From an uncultured Spirochaetota bacterium (GTDB lineage: Bacteria > Spirochaetota > Spirochaetia > SZUA-6 > Fen-1364): DNA of 64,000 nt. Position numbers and translations under genes: made by a program. Positions 62,401-64,000 of this stretch are shown in pieces; position 1 is the stretch's first letter, and each line of letters starts with the position of its first letter. The stretch lies in contig CAWJRT010000001.1 of assembly GCA_963845325.1 (NCBI GenBank), positions 59,598 to 123,597 of the forward strand, in the 5' to 3' direction. The notes below the pieces were generated by a model. That model searched no databases. It was not told the origin of the DNA and saw only the letters and a program-made list of their open reading frames with translations.

Positions 62401-64000
62401 ATGAACGAACCCGGATTGCGCCGGCTGATCGGCATTGCCGTGATCCTGGCCGCGGTGATCGTCCCGGGCATCTGCCTGGCAGACGGTCTCATCGTGGTGG
62501 AGGATCCCCCGCGCGTGCCGGAGGGGCACTTCAGCTTTGCGCCGCTGCAGGTTTCCTTCCACCACGTGACGGTGTCGGTGACAGACCTGGCTGCCGTGAC
62601 GACCGTGGACGAGGAGTTCTACAACCCGAACCGTGAACGGCTGGAGGGCACCTATATCTTTCCGCTTCCCGAGGGGGCGTCCATTGATCGCTTCTCGATG
62701 GACATCGGGGGAAAGATGATGGACGCGGAGCTGCTGCCTGCCGGGGAAGGCCCGGGCCTGGTACGAGGACATCGTGCGGAAGATGAAAGACCCTGCGCTG
62801 CTGGAGTATGCCGGCCGGGGAGCGTTCAAGCTGCGCGTGTATCCCATTGAGCCGATGGCCGGAAAGCGGGTTCGCATCACCTACAGCCAGCTGCTGAAGA
62901 GCGACGCCGGCGTCGTGGAGTATACCTACCCGCTGAACACGGAAAAGTTCAGCGCCGCGGCAGTGAAGGACGTCTCCGTGAAGGTGACGCTGGACGGCCG
63001 TGAAAAGCTGAAGAGCGTGTACTGTCCAAGCCATTCCGCTGAGATCAGGCGCGAAGGGAACACGCGCGCCGTGGTGGGCTGGGAGGGAAGGGATGTCTGG
63101 CCGGACACGGACTTCAAGGTGGTGTTCAGCCGCTCGCCCAATCCGCTCGGCATCGACCTGGTGACCAGCCGGCAGCCGGGCGAGGACGGGTATTTCATGC
63201 TGCTCGCTTCTCCCGGGATCACGCCGCCGGGATCCATGCAACCAAAGGCAGGGACGCCGAAGGATATCTGCTTTGTGCTTGACACTTCCGGGTCAATGGC
63301 CGGCCCGAAGCTCGACCAGGCACGGAAAGCCCTTCGATTCTGCCTGGCCAACCTGGGGACCGAGGACCGGTTCGAGATCATCCGGTTTTCCACCGAAACC
63401 GAGCCGCTGTTCGGCAGCCTCGTGCCGGCAGACGGCGGGCACCTCGCGCAGGCAGGAGCCTTCGTGGATGGTTTGCGGCCCATGGGCGGAACCGCCATTG
63501 AAGAGGCGCTGACCCGGGCGCTGGCGCTGCAGCCGGCGCGGGAGGCAGGGAAGGTATACGACCGTATATGGTGATCTTTCTCACCGACGGCATTCCAACC
63601 ATCGGCGAGACTCGGGAAGATGCCCTGGTCGACTCCATTCGAAATGCAGGGGCATCCACGCGAATCTTCACCTTCGGGATCGGCACTGATGTCAACACGC
63701 ACCTGCTTGACCGGATTGCTACCGCAACGCGCTCGGCCAGCCAATACGTCCTCGCGGCAGAGGACATCGAGGTGAAGGTGAGCTCTTTCTACTCGAAAAT
63801 TCGCGACCCGGTGCTGTGCAATATCTCCGTGACGTTCACCAACCCTTCGATCAGGGTCATGCAGCTTCTCCCGTCAGTGCTGCCGGACCTCTTCAACGGA
63901 GACATGCTGGTCCTGTTCGGACGCTACTCCGGGGAGGGCGCAAACGCGGCAAAGATTTCAGGAACGTTCAACGGGAAGCAGCTGGAGTTCGCCGCCGCCG
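62401..64000 (+). CDS. Secreted VIT + von Willebrand factor A domain protein. The C-terminal end runs off the window; frameshifts near 62755 and 63560.
   Basis: Signal peptide, VIT-like region (LQVSFHHVTVSVTDLAAVTTVDEEFYNP...EGTYIFPLP) and the vWA MIDAS motif (CFVLDTSGSMAG...FLTDGIPT). An AGGAGG Shine-Dalgarno sequence is present. Confidence 0.75.

Overview
A visibly GC-rich bacterial chromosomal segment of about 55 genes with two main themes. (1) A purine/molybdenum-hydroxylase theme of the E. coli ygeW-ygeY-xdhD type: a ygfM-like FAD subunit, xdhD and ygeW are contiguous at 13.7-18.5 kb and are followed by an AOR-family gene. Related genes are dispersed: ygeY (6.3 kb), an ATZ/TRZ-type deaminase (11.3 kb), mocA plus adenosine deaminase (38.3-40.1 kb) and a split YeeE/YedE pair (29.1 kb). 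(2) Three carbohydrate uptake/catabolism loci. The first is LacI + two URO-D-like genes + a ribose-type ABC system (20.5-29 kb). The second is epimerase + GH4 + PfkB + class II aldolase + FGGY kinase + a third URO-D-like gene (40-48.7 kb). The third is an ABC system + three xylose-isomerase-fold TIM-barrel genes + two Gfo/Idh/MocA oxidoreductases (48.9-58.5 kb), which looks like an oxidise-eliminate-hydrate-reduce (3-keto-sugar) cassette. Mobile and repeat content: a degraded DDE transposase (2.85-3.78 kb); an apparently intact group IIC intron inserted just after a terminator hairpin (58915-60777); and a 24-bp hairpin-forming tandem array (61961-62130) between a 23-codon Gfo/Idh/MocA stub and an MFS gene. 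The most striking global property is that by hand reconstruction at least 45 reading-frame disruptions interrupt otherwise well-conserved genes. They are very unevenly distributed: none in 9.0-13.6 kb, 17.3-33.8 kb or 53.0-61.9 kb, but up to about 3 per 100 nt in xdhD. I recognised no rRNA, tRNA, CRISPR array or canonical defence system. All family assignments come from motif recognition in the translated ORFs, not from database searches.
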